DNA of 64,000 nt, taken from contig NC_134474.1 of the NCBI RefSeq assembly GCF_964194025.1, positions 18,910,001 through 18,974,000 of the forward strand, written 5' to 3'. Below the pieces are notes generated by a model. The model was not told the origin of the DNA and made no database searches. It worked only from the letters and a program-made list of their open reading frames with translations. Source of the DNA: Convolutriloba macropyga (Eukaryota). How positions within the stretch are numbered: position 1 is the first letter of the stretch; each line of letters opens with the position of its first letter. Positions 33,901-48,900 of the stretch are shown here, piece by piece. The translations under genes were made by a program, and so were the position numbers.

Positions 33901-36900
33901 AAAATGTTTCATTGTTTCGTATGTCTGAGTTCTGCTTTTTCTTGTTTTATTCTGTTTAGCAAGTTGGATTTTTGTCTCGAATGACTCGTTGTCTTTTCTG
34001 TGTCTCGAATGCTGTTCAATGAAATGTACTCGTTTTTCTTGATTTTATAAATTTGATTTTTAACTTTCAAAAATCAAGAATTGGTCTTTTTGTTACGGTG
34101 TTCCTAACATTGTGTCCATATTCTTCACATTCTCGTTTGTATCATTCTAGTTTTGTCCTGGCACCTAATATTTATTCGTTATATTGATTTTTTCAGTTGT
34201 TAAAAAATTGAATGAATTCAGCTTTTTCTTAGATCTTGGTTTCTTCGGTTTGCAATTGATTTAATTCAAAATAAGGCAGTACTGGGAGTTTGCTAGAAAG
34301 TCTTTTCCAACATTTCCATTTTTTACTATTCATTGCAATTTTCTTCCCGGCTTCGTGTTGTTTTCGGACGATTTTTTGCCTTTGAATATTATTCTGTTGC
34401 TTTTGTTTTTCTATGATTAATTTAATTTTTGAATTAGTATGAAATGATGTTGTCTAGCATATATACAACAAGAAAGAACCATGTATTATTTTTGTCCTAA
34501 TTGCCGTGATTAGAAATCTAATTGTAGTGGTTCTCTGATTCTTAAGTTTGAGCACTCTTTTTTGAATAATTTTGACTTTCCTGTCTTTTTTGAAAAGTTT
34601 TTATCTGCCGTTTGCTTTCGCGATCTTTTTGAGATTAGAATAATTAATTATCTGAGGTCAATTGATGGCCCTGTTAGCTTTGTCAGGCTATCAGTTTTTT
34701 GACCATCCTAAAATTTCAGACTTTTTTAACGTTACCAAACGTTTTCAATAATAAAATTTTGCTGCATTTTCTTTCTCTTGGTGACAGTGGTTTAAATTTC
34801 ACCGATTTTTAGATCAGACCCGGGGAGGTAATGAGTTAATGGTTTAATACAAAAGGTAATGGCTCCAGCTTTTCGTGAAGTTTTGGTGCTTCGAGTCGCT
34901 TCCGGAATTCTTCCGGCTATGTTTATTTTTTTTGGTCGTCAAGATTTTTGTTACGACCATATGACGTCACATGCACTTCAAATCTGCTTTTTGTTCATTA
35001 GTTCATGCAATTTCAACTGAATTGCGTGTATGACGTCATTTTTCACTCTTAGTGGAGCTAGTTTTTTTTGTTCATTCGCGTGATTAAATTTTTGGTCATT
35101 CGTGACTTACCACACTCTTAAAAATGACTTCCTCACTCTGAAATTGACTTTTCTTTGCTTTAATTCAAAGAGATAAGGTCAAAGGAGTGTTTGCCACTCT
35201 TATTGAAGGTTGTTTAAGAGCAGCTAATAGAAACAGCACTAAGTTATACAGATTCTTAATCACCTTAATTGAAAAACAATAAGCTTCTTTTTGGTCTGTC
35301 TTTTTTTACCTTCTTTTTGAGACTGCAGATCTATGAAGCTATTGCGGCTATTTTCTGGCAATTTGCCGGCAATGTTTTGTATATTTTCCTAACCCCCAAT
35401 TAGTTTGAAGGCTTGGAATAAAAATTTTGCCTTTTCTTCACTAATAATCTATCATGAGATGGAAAAAATAAGGGTACATCGATCCATGGGATCAGGTGTC
35501 TTAGAATGATGAATGAAAATAGACTTGTTTTTTGTGAATTTTTAAGCTGGAGAGAAAGCGGGTAAAGCTGTTGAGAAAATTGAGTTTTCGATCACGATAT
35601 AGCATTTACCGGCTTTGGTCACATTAATCTATACAATTAAATTGTAATTAGCGAATGGAAAACAAGTGAACCTTCAACACTGACACAATCTGCAATCTGC
35701 GCCTTTTCGTTCTCTAAGTCTGTTTAAATTTCACTTTTTTTGTGACAGGTAGCTCAGACCCAGTGAGAAAGGCAACTGATTGCAAACACGGTACCACCAA
35801 AGAGTATTTTGACAAACAGTTCCAGATGTCTCGAAAACAGGTAGACGAGACGTTTGACAGTTACTGCTACACAGAAGATCTGACCACATACAAATGTTGT
35901 CTTGAGCCTTGGATGGGCGGGAGTGGATCCATGATCAATAACTACACGGTTTCTCTAGTGTAAGTTAGTCTCGGTCCACATTCAATGAAATAACTGTCAC
36001 AAAGAAACCATTGAGTTCCATGCTGTTTGGGTTGGTTGTCAGAACACAATACGCAGACTAATATTTCACAAAGTTCACCAAGCTAAGTATGTAATAGAGG
36101 CGCTTATCCTGTGTTTTTTTTATGATACCCCTAGAAAGCTAGAAAGGCCACTTTTCTGCGACTACGCTTTGGATGGAAAACCACAGACTAGAAACCTTTT
36201 ATTATTTGTCTTAATTTGATCTTAATGTTCAAAAATTAAGTTTTTCTCTTCAGACCATTTTCAGCCAATTAACACTGTGACGATTTTGCAGCTCGGAACG
36301 AGATAATCGTTTTCTCAATATAAGTATAACTCAGCCGTTTTTTGTCGAATTCGTCCATTTGTTTTGCTTTCGTTCGTGGAAATACCTCTGAAATTGATAC
36401 CACAGTGTTTTTGAGAGCCTAACAATGCGTTTCAAATGAAAATGGGAGAATATTTCGCGCATTTTTTTGGATAATTTTGGGCTTTTTTCGTTGATTTGTT
36501 TTTTAGATATTCAACTAGTTTTCAAAAGTCAGTGCAGATGGCAACTTGGGCTTGATAATTTGCGCATCGAATGCCTCTTTCTAATGTGACTTGTTTTGTC
36601 CTTATCAAATTGTAAACATGCTATTCCGATTTTGGCCGTTATAGTCCAATTTTTCGGTTTTTGTGTTCGTATTTTGGTTTGAAGTTCTAGAAACACTTTT
36701 TCGTACACTCAGGGATTTTGATTTCGTTTCATTAATTCATGATTTTTGGCATTGAGTCTTTGAAATTAATTAACAAATTTTTCAGCTGCACTTTTGTTTT
36801 GACACTTTTTAACATTTTTCAATGTTTGGAATATCTGAACTCTGTTTTCTCTTTTTCTTTATTTTTTGAATATCTGAACTCTGTTTTCTCTTTCTTATTT

Positions 36901-39900
36901 TTTGGTTTCTAATTAATTTCGTTTGATTTAATGTACATTGAGATTTAGCTGGATTTCCACGTAAAAGTTTTGAAGGGTTATTACCTTCTGTGAATATTCG
37001 TGGGACGTCGGTTGTGATAATGCAGGATTTGTTGCTTTTGAGTACTATTGTTTTTGCCTTTTTGAATAATAATAAATTTTGTGCAATAGTTTGAACTAAT
37101 TCCGTCTGATATCTCCAGCCAGAGAGAAGAATATCTTATTTTTGTCCGAATTGCTGTAACTGCAATACGGAATAAATATGTTTTCTATAATTTTTATTCT
37201 CTGTTTTTTAAGAAAATCAATTTAGTTTCTAAAAGTTTTATCTGCTCTTTGTTTTCACTATTTGTTTTTTTGGGCCACAGAGCTGAAATCTGGGTCTTAA
37301 AGACTAATAGTCATTTCATCTTAATGTTCAAAAATTAAGTTTTTCTCTTCAGACCATTTTCAGCCAATTAACACTGTGACGATTTTGCATCTCGGAACGA
37401 GATAATTGTTTTCTCAATATAAGTATAACTCAGCCGTTTTTTGTCGAATTCGTCCATTTGTTTTGCTTTCGTTCGTGGAAATACCTCTGAAATTGATACC
37501 ACAGTGTTCTTGAGAGCCTAACAATGCGTTTCAAATGAAAATTGGAGAGTATTTCGCGCATTTTTTGGATAATTTTGGGCTTTTTTCGTTGATTTGTTTT
37601 TTAGATATTCAACTAGTTTTCAAAAGTCAGTGCAGATGGCAACTTGCGCTTGATAATTTGCGCATCGAATGCCTCTTTCTAATGTGACTTGTTTTGTCCT
37701 TATCAAATTGTAAACATGCTATCCCGATTTTGGCCGTTATAGTCCAATTTTTCGGTTTTTGTGTTCGTATTTTGGTTTGAAGTTCTAGAAACACTTTTTC
37801 GTACACTCAGGGATTTTGATTTTGTTTCATTAATTCATGATTTTTGGCATTGAGTCTTTGAAATTAATTAACAAATTTTTCAGCTGCACTTTTGTTTTGA
37901 CACTTTTTAACATTTTTCAATGTTTGGAATATCTGAACTCTGTTTTCTCTTTTTCTTTATTTTTTGAATATCTGAACTCTGTTTTCTCTTTCTTATTTTT
38001 TTGTTTTCTAATTAATTTCGTTTGATTTATTGTACATTGAGATTTCGCTGGATTTCCACGTAAAAGTTTTGAAGGGTTATTAGCTTCTGTGAATATTCGT
38101 GGGACGTCGGTTGTGATAATGCAGGATTTGTTGCTTTTGAGTACTATTGTTTTTGCCTTTTTGAATAATAATAAATTTTGTGCAATAGTTTGAACTAATT
38201 CCGTCTGATATCTCCAGCCAGAGAGAAGAATATCTTATTTTTGTCCGAATTGCTGTACCTGCAATACGGGATAAATATGTTTTCTATAATTTTTATTCTC
38301 TGTTTTTTAAGAAAATCAAATTAGTTTCTAAAAGTTTTATCTGCTCTTTGTTTTCACTATTTGTTTTTTTGGGCCACAGAGCTGAAATCTGGGTTTTAAA
38401 GGCTAATAGTCATTTCATATGTTTTTAGCCCTGTAAGTTATTGGGCGTATCAGTATGTGGCCATCCTAAGAATTTTGGGCCGTTTTTCAACATCACCAAA
38501 TGTTTCTGATTTTGTGAAAAGCTGTTATGTGAAGATTTTAATAGTTTTTTTACTTGTGTTCTGGCTATGAGTGGTTTTTGTATTGTTACCGAATGGTGTC
38601 GTACTCGTTTAAACTTATTCCGATGTCAACCCTCAAATTTTTCTCCAAGAAGAGTCTTTTGAGAAGTGTCACCCTATGAGAGGGGACCTTGGTTTTTGTA
38701 AATATCATCTCACCCAACGATCGGGGAGAACATAAATAATTTTCAAGAGTTCAATGAAGACTGAAACGAGAAGATTTTCAAAATTTAAGGAGAACAGGAC
38801 TGATGTTATAGAGAGCGATTGAGAAGAATGAAGAATTCTTCAACAAAACAAACACACTTATTTGAATCTTTAATGAGCAAAAACTTTTGATTCCGAATCA
38901 GTTTGATAACAGAGATTTGTTTTAAGTCAACTTAACTTCTATTAGTTTTTATAGCGGTTTAAATGCTACCAATTTTTGATCATATCCTGAGGTAAAAAGC
39001 TACTAAAGGTAACGGTTTCGTCTGCAGGTGCGTTTTTTTTTGCGAAGTTCTGGCGATTCAAGTCGCTTCCGGAATTCTTCTGGTTATTTTACCGTATGAA
39101 CTGTATTCAGGCGCCGTTTTTATTGGGAAGCGGAAGTGAGTAAAATATCAGTGTCAACTTAATTTTGCTGCTTGGGACGTTTCTTATGCGTTGCATTGAT
39201 CGAACGTCCTTTTGACTTTAAAAAATACTTCCGACAGAATTTTAAAGGTAGTTAACCGTAAAGAAACCCCAATGATGCCCCTATCGAAACTAGAGAGGTC
39301 ACTTTTTGCGGCTATATTTTATTCATCTGATCACTTATAAATTTTGCCTTGAGCCTTGAATGGGCGGGAGTGGATAGCCGTCGGTATCCTCTGCACAGCT
39401 ATTATTCAGGCACTCTCCTTTTTTCGAATCGAAAAGGTTAATTGGTTTTCTTCAGATGTCGATGACTCAAAGAGGAGTATTGGTTTTGACCTGAAAGCGA
39501 AAGTGAGTAAAACGCCAATTGAACTAATTTTCGATTGAGAGAATTTTTGATCAGGTTCTGCATTGACTTAATGACTTCTCGACTTTGATAAGTTTTGTTT
39601 TTTTTTGTTCGTGGAAATGAGTTGCATCCGGTCCTATATTAATGTGTAATCCTCTAAATTTGATACCACAGTGTTTTTGAGAGCTTGACAAAGCGTTTCA
39701 AATGGGAGAAATGAAGTATTTTGCATTTTTGGATTTTTGTTTTTTCTTGATTTTTTTTAAAGATCTTGAGCTTATTTTCCGAAGTCGGTGCAGATGGCAA
39801 CTTCCATTTGATACATTTATACATCGAATGCCTGTTTCTACAAATTTTTTGTAAGTGAAATTTTTTAAACTTTTTGCACGGTATTTTAATGTTTGGAATG

Positions 39901-42900
39901 ATTGAGATATGTTTTCTTTTTTATTTATCCGTACAGGTAGATAGCTAAGTAGTTTTTCGAAGCATCGATTGATAAAAGATGTTTTTTTTTCTACCTTGAT
40001 TTTTTCAAATTTATTTTAGCGTCAAAAATCAAGAATTTTTTTTCGTAATTTTCTGTACAATGAGTCCTTATTCTCCACAGTCTGGTAGGTATCACTCTAG
40101 CATTCTCCTGAGGCCTATGATTTTGTTTGCTCTGACTTTATCAGTTGTTTAAAAAGTTAAATGATATCGGTCCTATTCTTAGGTGTTTTTCCTATTTTTT
40201 TATTTGCAATTTTTTCCTTTGATATAATGTAACATTGAGATTTTGCTAGATTTCCTTTTAAAAGTTTTGAAGGGTTATTACTTTCTCTGTATATTCGTGG
40301 GACGTTGGTTTGGATAATGCACGAGTTTTTTTTTGCATTTGAGTATTATTCTGTTTCGGCCTTTTTCATTAAGAATTTAATCATCAATAATTTTTATATG
40401 TGTGATAGGTTGAACTCATTTCATCTATCTCCAACCAGAGAGAAGTATATCACATTTTCCGCATTGCTGTCCCTTCAAAACGAAAAAAAACATGTTTTTG
40501 AAATACGTCTCAACTTTTAGTGTTCTTTTTTTGGAAAAATTCAATTTAGTTTCTAAGAAATTTATCGGCTTTGTTTTTATTATCTGTCTTTTGGGCCGTA
40601 GAGCTGATTCAGGAAATCTAGGTCTTTAAGACTAGTAGTTATTTTATGATTTTTTTGGCCCTGTCACTTAATGAGCCTATCAGTATGTGACCATATTAAT
40701 AATTTTGGGGCAATTTTTGCATCAAATGTTTCCAGTTTTTGTAAAATGTTTCCAGTTTTCAGTATTTTTAAGTTAAAGTATTTTTTGTTTTGGCTATGAT
40801 TGGTTTTGGTATTGTTAGTTAATGGTGCAGTACTTGTTGTAACTTATTCCCATGTCAGTGATCAAATCTTTCTAGTTATGATAGCCTTTTTTCCAAATTT
40901 TTTGATCAAATCTGGTGAGGTAAAAAGCTACTGTTTTAAATCGAAAGGGTAACGGTTTCATTTGCAATTCGTTTTTTTGCCGATGGGTCGCTTGGACGTT
41001 TCGATTCGCTTTCAGAATTTTTCCGATTATTTTCTTGCCGGAATTACTAAGTGTTCAAGTGTCGTTTTGATCGGGAAGCGAAAGTGAGTAAAAGTGCAGT
41101 GTAAACTTATTTCTGCTGCTTGAGATAAGTTTTCTTTTCATGCGTTGCATTGATTGAATGACTTTTTGACTTCAAAAATTTTTCCGAAAGAATTGTGCGA
41201 ATAGCTAACCGTTTTTGCCGTTTTTTCAGTCGTTTTGGCTCATTTATTTTTTGCTTGTAGCTAAGTTTTAACGAATTTTTTTTATCAAAGCTGCACTAAC
41301 TTCTAATGCTGCGCAATAGTGTTCTCAGAGGGCACAATAAATTTCAGAATTTTTTGAATTTGGGTTTTTTGATAGTTTCTGTATTGTTTGTTCTTTGAAC
41401 GGACTTTTTGGAATCAGTGTATGTAGCATTTTTGCATCGCATGCGTTGCCTTTTCAATTTTTTAACGTGAATAGATTTTCTGTAAAGCTTTAATTTATGC
41501 AAAACCAACAGGTTCTGGGTTTTTTGTTTTTCTTACAATTGGGCTTTCGATTTTGGTTTTGTTTAATAAAACGAGCCTTTTCGTGCATCGTCAAGGCTTT
41601 AATTTTTGTTTTAATCAAGATCAAATGTTTGCAGTAGGTTTTGAATTTCACTGCAAACAGCAAGTTCAAACAAATGAAAATCAAAAACTTTGATTCTTTT
41701 TCAATATTTTTTAAATAAGTGGTCGAATTTTGTTCTCCTTGTTCCATATTAAGAGGAAAATAGGCAGGTAAATTTTTGAACCATCAATGTTTAATAATGG
41801 AAAGCATTTGTTTTTTTTTTGTTTTTTTGACATTTTAGTGAAAATGATTAAAATTGCCCTGTCAAATAACTTTTTCTCAGCGAGAGAAGTTTTTTAATCA
41901 TGCGCTGCGTTCAGTGAATGACTTTTTGGTTTTGAAAAGTTTTTGAGGGACTGGCGCAAATAGATCAAAGCTTTCAGCCGTGTTTTAGTCCGTTTGCGCC
42001 ATTTTTTTTTAATTGTAACTTTGTTTTTGTAGAAGTTTGATCGATGCTACATGCAATGACACGCAACCATCTGAAATCATGACCACAATGTGTCTGAAAG
42101 CCTAATAGTGCGTTTCAAGCTCATATTTCTCATTTTTTTTTTGTAATTTTTGGCTTTTTCCTTAATTTTTTTATTTTCCCCTCTATAAGCGGACTCTTTT
42201 TATCAAATAAATACACATGTCAGGGTCTTGTTAATTGCTCTCAAACAAAGTGTAGCAATTATATAAGTTCTGTTGGTCTTTTTTATGCAATTTTTCGCTT
42301 GACCGATTTTTCGTCTGACCCATTTGACTTTTCCTTAAAAACGGGATAAACAGGTAGCGCCCAGTGGGCATTAAGTTCTCGTAGAGCCTTTCAGCTAACT
42401 AATCTCCAAGTATATTATGCGATTCACAGAAACTGTTTTGGAGACTTACACTTATGGTGTGAAGAAGTTGCTTCAAATTTTACACCCCACAAACCCCCCC
42501 CCCCCCCAAAAAAAACAGCCTCCTCCCCCCCCCCCCCCCCCTACATCAGCACCCTTCACCCTCTCCACCCAATCCCCATCCCTGCACATTGTTCAGGCCG
42601 TAAGGGCCCCGTGCAGCCGAAAATCCGCCTTCCACCTTTGCCAGTTTTTCTGTTAATGTTTTAAAATGTTAGGTTTAATTAACTAGGTGTTTCAGTTCAG
42701 CGGGGATTGTCTGTTTTTCTGTCCGAGTTGTTTCCGGAATTCTTCCGGTAATGTTTTTTTTACCGGAAGTACTTTTTGCTCAGGCGGCGTTTTGACCAAA
42801 TAGTAATAGAGTGAATTTACAGTGTCAACTAACTTTTTTCTGAGCGAGAGAAGTTTTTTGTTCATGCCCTGCGTGCAATGAGTGACTTTTTGACCTTGAA

Positions 42901-45900
42901 AAGGGTTTTCGAGAGATGCCGCATGCATTGATATGCAATCATCTGAAATTGATCCTAAAAAGTTTTTGAAAGTCTAATAATGCGTTTCAAGTTCAAAATT
43001 GGCCCGGTTTACTCATTTTCTTGCTTCTTTTTTGGCTCTATGAGCAGACTTTTTTCCACCAAATTAGTGCAAGGCTTTTCTTTTTAATTGCTCTCAATTG
43101 AAGTTTGTAGCAGTTCTTTTACTCCTGTTGGTCTTTTTAATTAATTTTTTCGCGTGAGCGATTTTTTGTCTTAACCACTTGACTTCTTGTCGTCAAAAAT
43201 GGGATAAACGGTTAGCGCCCAGTGAGCATTAGTTCTCCCAGAGCGTTTCAACTCACTAGTGTTCAGGTATGCTATGCGATCCACTGAAACTGTTTTGGAG
43301 ACTTATTCTAATGGTGTGAAGAAGTTCACCTCATCCCCCTCCCACCGTTGCCCCCAACTGTTGCCCCCCGGTAACCCCCCCCCCCCAGCTGTGCATACGT
43401 CACGCCCCTTCAATTAAGCTTACGCCAGACTCACTAAACCGTGGCTAGGTACTGATCTAGCCAACAGCTCACTGGTTGTTTGAGAGCGATTCGCCCTACG
43501 TTACCGGCTTTTTTGATAATTCTTGAATTGGACGCCTCTTTTTGATGTTATATCTTTGTACTGAAACTTCCTACTGAAACATGAAGATGTCTATGTAATT
43601 TTCTTAAACTTCAATTGCTTAATACTAAGAAATTCTTTTTTTCACCTCATTTTTATTGTGATTTTTAGAATTTCCAATTTAATTTTTTGGTTTTTCAGAA
43701 ATTGCGAACTAGTTTTTTATGTCTATTTCACTGTATATATCTCTTCAGTTTGTGCCCCCAGTACGTTATACAATCCCAGTTATAGAGCACGTGCCGTTAC
43801 ATAGTTAACCATCCTGTTAAAATATGGCTCATGCGTCTGGGGGGTGCAAATAATATGCGCCCAGTAGGCTTGGGGGCACAAACGGAAAATATCCGTTTTT
43901 AATTCGCCTTACCTTTTGATTAGGTTTTTTTTATTTTTACCTAATTCCCAATTTTCACGCTTGACTTCTGAGTTAATTCACTTTGTTTCAACTGAATTGA
44001 TTCCAAATTCTTTCGCGCATTGAATTACGCAATGTAGTGAAAACGGTCAAAGTCAAAAGAGCAAAATCAAAAGAAGCAGGACAAGCATATAAAGCATAAG
44101 TAAGGAGTTTTTTGTTCGACTGTAGCGGTCAGCTGAATTTTAATAAAAATTGGTGTTCTAATTGCCCACTGAGAGGGTAGTTTTGTTCTTAATGTCGATC
44201 ACTCAATGCGAGGAGACTTTTGTATCGTCTGCAATAGGATTGTTTATGTAACCCAATGAGCTGAAGAGAACGAAACCCCTTTGGGACTCATATGTAACAG
44301 AGAAAAATTTGCACTTCAAAGAAAGAGACAGATTGATATGGTAAATGAGCAAAGAGATTTATCATCATTTAAGCTTTGTGATATATTTGAACTGCTAATA
44401 TGCTTTGATCAGGTACTGAGTCAAAATTGCTGTCAAATTTAGGATTGGGAATATTTTGTCTGCTGAGGAGTTGCACAAGTAAGTATGCTAAGACTCATTA
44501 TGATAACTGGTTAACAAGGATGTGTGGTTTTCATTCTAAGCTCAGCACTGTTAAACACGTTTCCAACACGAATGTAAAGCTGTCATTATCAGTTTATAAT
44601 CCGATGGTTTGTTGTCCCGTAATTAACCGTCCTTGTTCTACATTAATTTTGCTACTGGAATCAATAAAGTTAATAACAAGGTTTGGTCTATTTCAAAAGA
44701 GACCCACTCAATAACAGCAGATTGCGTGACTTTGAAGTACCTAAAAAAACTGACAATAGTCGAGAACCACGTAGTTAGAGTAGTAAGCCAGAATTTCGGG
44801 GTGACTTTAGCAGAGTTATAAAACTTTGTTTGAAACATGAAAAATACGATGCGGAGATCTGGCATTTTAAACCTTGTTCGTGCGTTTTTCACGTTTAACT
44901 GCTGAAAAGAATTTGACTTTGACTGAACAATCTTATTTTCCTTTCAAAACTAACAGGATCGAAATCTTTTGGCATTTACCTAATTTTATACAAATGAACT
45001 CGATTTCTGCTTTGCAGTGCTTCCAATAATGGAGAACGCCCTGTTGAATGGAAAATCTATCCCATTAATGACAACTCGGTTATAATCAACAACGGAAAAT
45101 GTGTTCAATTTCCCATACCGCAATCAGGTGCTACGTGCAAGGTCAAATTATTATATTCAACAGTTGGTCAGAGTGAAGGGTCACAGAATGTAAACAAGGA
45201 TCAGGGTTTGTCTTCTGCACTCTACTATGCCAACTTTATGCACCCGGAAATGCCCTACTCAAGTAAGAGACCACTAAACTTCCTTTGCTCAAGTTATCTT
45301 GACGTCTAAAAATCCAGCACGCTTAGTTCACTTGCTTATCAATATCGCCAAGGAGAGTCGGCAATGTGCGTTTGCACATAATGCTTCGACCACGCTCAAC
45401 CACGTGTTTGACTTAATTGTCTACCAAATGAGGAAGAGATAGAAAACTTTCAAAAAATTCATATTTTTAAAAGTAATTGATGAAGCCATTCAAATACTTG
45501 CTTTAAGCTGCAACCACTATACAAATGAAACCATAATTCATTTGAGTGCCAATTATATCTGACGTCAAATAGAGTAAGAGATAAGACAAACAAAAAAATC
45601 AATTAGAACAAAAGCATTACTTACGACTGGAACTCAATGTCTATCTATTTTTTTAATACAAAACTTAATGAAGAAGTCAAAATATCATCATATAGAAAAT
45701 TAACTAACAAAATTAATTTGAATTTTAGCAGACAAAATATGGGAGCTGTCTTCGTTGAGACAGACGAAAAACAAGAAGGGCAAAATTAAACAATGATTTA
45801 ATAGTTTTTGAAAACAATTCATTTCAAAGTCATGAAAACCAATAGCTATCAACTGGAATAATTGAATGACTTCGTTTATAACATCCTGCAAAGCCATTGA

Positions 45901-48900
45901 AACCTGTCATTATACGGATTGTCATGAGACTACAAAAAGAACAAGTGCTGGCGCAATCAATTCAATTCAATTTTGCTAGGAAACGGAAGCCTACAAAATA
46001 GTATTCTATTCACTAATATTAAATATAATCAATTGCGTCTTCTGTCAACGCCATTTTGTGATATGTGACATATGACTTTTCAAGATCTGGAAAAAGTCGA
46101 AAAATTTCAAAAAAGTAATGAAAACTTGGTGTTATGAACACCATAGAACGCTTATTTGTACAATAAAACAGCAATGAAGACTACATTCAACTTCAGTGGA
46201 CCGCTCTCTTTGTTCAGACATTGAAAGTTGCCAGAAATAAGATCAGAAGTGTAAAGGCTCAAAAAACTATTATTCTTTTTTGGAAAACAATTTTTTTAAA
46301 ACCATAAGTATTAACAACTATAGGCTTTATAGTAAATAGATTAATTTGTCACTACTCAGGTAGCCAACTGTACATTTCAATAATGAGACTAAGTCCAAGG
46401 ACTGCAAATTAACAACGAATAAGGATAAACTCTAATTTTCAAAAATTTTGTAAATTTGTAAGCTCACTAGCTTTTCATTTGCACGTAAATTTAACTGGTA
46501 AATACTTGTGTTTCGATTTGGAACCATTCTGTTCTGTAGTTAACAGAACACACAAAAGGAAAAAATTAAAGTAAAGCGCCCCATTACAATGCGAACAGTT
46601 CTGTAATGAAAATTTCCACATTTAGACTAAGACGGGTCTTGTTATTGCTGCTTGTCCATTGAAACAAAAAATTGTTCCATATAGTAACCAAATCGCTAAG
46701 TCGACCAAAATGTCAATCTATATAAATTAAAATGACTTTTGAATACTTACGGAGTTAATTTAGCGAAAAATCATTATGTGTCAACTGAAAGCATCAGGTA
46801 GTTTTTTTCAATAGCTCCTTAGATAGAATTAGGAATTTTATCAATTTTATCAGTCATAAGACTACCGAAAGAAAATCAAAATGTGCAAGTCTCAATAATC
46901 TCTGAAAAATTTAGGAAAACAATTTGTCGGAGCAATAAAACCGTGAATTTTGCTTAGAAATCGGTTTATATATTTATTTGACCTCATTTGACTTTGAATG
47001 GTTTTTAATCGGAATTTTAAAACAAAGCATAGTCTGTCTGCAATTGGGGTGATCAAATTGCAAAAAAAGTTTAAAAATTATAGCCCCAAAACACAATTCG
47101 AGTCCTTTTTATTGCAAAAAATTAGCGATGAGAGCAAAGCTCGTCTTGCTATCGCTGGTGGCTGTTAAAAAGGCATTTTTTCCCATATTATTGCGTAATA
47201 GTTTGTTGGCAGTAAAAAAAACCTTAATATATCAAAACTAATTGTCGCTTTTTTTTAATAAGTTTTGATTTAAGTTGGCGGAAGCACGCTTTAATTAGTT
47301 CCTGAACACTTTCCTCGGACATGGAGGTAAAATAGCCCTTGTCTAAGTAGTTGAATATTGTCTCAGAAGTTGTTATGTCTGTACTGTTGGTCAAACTGGA
47401 CAAAGTGGATTAACTAAGCATATTTGATGCCATTTTTAATGAAAATGCAGAATTTTCAAATTTTAGCCATAAATTTAGCTAAAACAATTGGTTCAATCGA
47501 TTCAGCAATTCTTTTTTTATCTTTAAAACCAATAAGACTTGTTAACAATGTTGTCATATTTTTAGCAAAAATACTGATAAATGTGAAAACAACATAAGTT
47601 AGGCTAACGTTCATAAAACTGCCCTGTACGTTGAATAAATCGGTAGACGGAAATTTACTGAACAAAAAAAAACCCAGTCGATCATACATTTCGAATCAAA
47701 CGGCACTAAATTGGGTCGGATCAATTATGTGCTTGTTTTAAATATTTTAAAGGTTTAACAAAGATAGAATATGGCAATTTTTCCAGAATCTGGTGAGAGT
47801 TGATTTTCAGCATCTTCAGAATAAAGAACATCTGTTCAGGACGTAAATAGATGATTTTAAGTTTGTTACTGCCGCCTTCAGAAACCCATTGTGAGACTGT
47901 TAATTGAAAGTGTTTGGTCAATATATTGTAATTTGATATTTTCTACAATGAGATGTTTTGCTTGATTTTTTGTCTGTTCTTACACGCGGCGCTGAATGCT
48001 TAAATGAATCTTGGTGATTCTTCTCGATTTATATAAAGTAATTTAAATTCAAATTATATCTTAAGTGCTTCCCAATGGGTGCACTGACTGTGTCAAAAGT
48101 CAAGATAGATTTAGTATTAATAAGCTGTTTGGCTCGTCTGGTACTCTGCGTAGCACCAAAGGTTGTCATATTTTTTCGGTGGATATGAAAGTGATCAACA
48201 TTTGAATCTAAGAACAAAAACGGTAATTGGCATCGGCTGTGCTTTCCACAAGAAGTTTTCCAACCAGCCAAGAAAAGAGAGAAAAAGGCAGTAGTTTTTG
48301 TCGATGCATTATCCTGAGAGCCGGAATAAAGGTATGAAAAAAATTGAGGTGTGAAGAATGTTTTGTTCAAGTTTCGCATTTTAATGTTTAGTTCGGTGGT
48401 TCAAGTGGTTTTTTCGCCTATTTCAAAAATAATTTTACTTTTTTAGAGCTTTATAAGCATTTACACTTTTATATGCACTTTTGAGCTTGTTGCAATCTGC
48501 CGTTTCTTCCGTGGGTTTTCGCTGCTACCAGGGGGATTCTTATCATTGCAGTTAGTATTTCTGTGCAACTTTTTGGTTGTTAATAGCTGCCGTCGTTTTA
48601 GTTGTTAATAGCTTAATGGCTACTAATTAGGCCCTGCCCTTTTAGGATCTGCTCGCAAATTTTAGTTTTGCAGTCAAATTGGAGTAGTGATTTTTTCTTT
48701 TATATTTTTGCAATCCAAAGAATTTGGATTGTATTAGCGCTTTCGTGTTTGTAGGATGTTTTCATGCCTTTTTTAATGACTTGGAGTTTTTGAAACGGGA
48801 TACAATGGTGAAGCTTGGCTTGAAGTTTTTTCTTTTTGAAGTTTTTAAATTTTTCTTAGATTTTATTTATATTTCGTGACCAATGAAGAAACAGTTTTGA

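Larger units (their letters stand above)
33020..43510. mobile_element. Mosaic of head-to-tail T-rich repeats (Helentron-like, family C) in receptor introns 1-2
   Basis: The module gagtaaaa..cagtgt.aact..gagagaagttttt..atgactttttgac recurs at ~33210, 39135, 39500, 41085, 41880 and 42810. Hairpin heads lie at ~33041, 33100 and 39465. The tail is homologous to 58660-59080. Confidence 0.55.

Noticed and set aside
42417-42656. Poly-proline ORF
   Set aside because: Produced by poly-C tracts in a family C repeat; homologous copies at ~43300 and ~58850 do not keep the frame.
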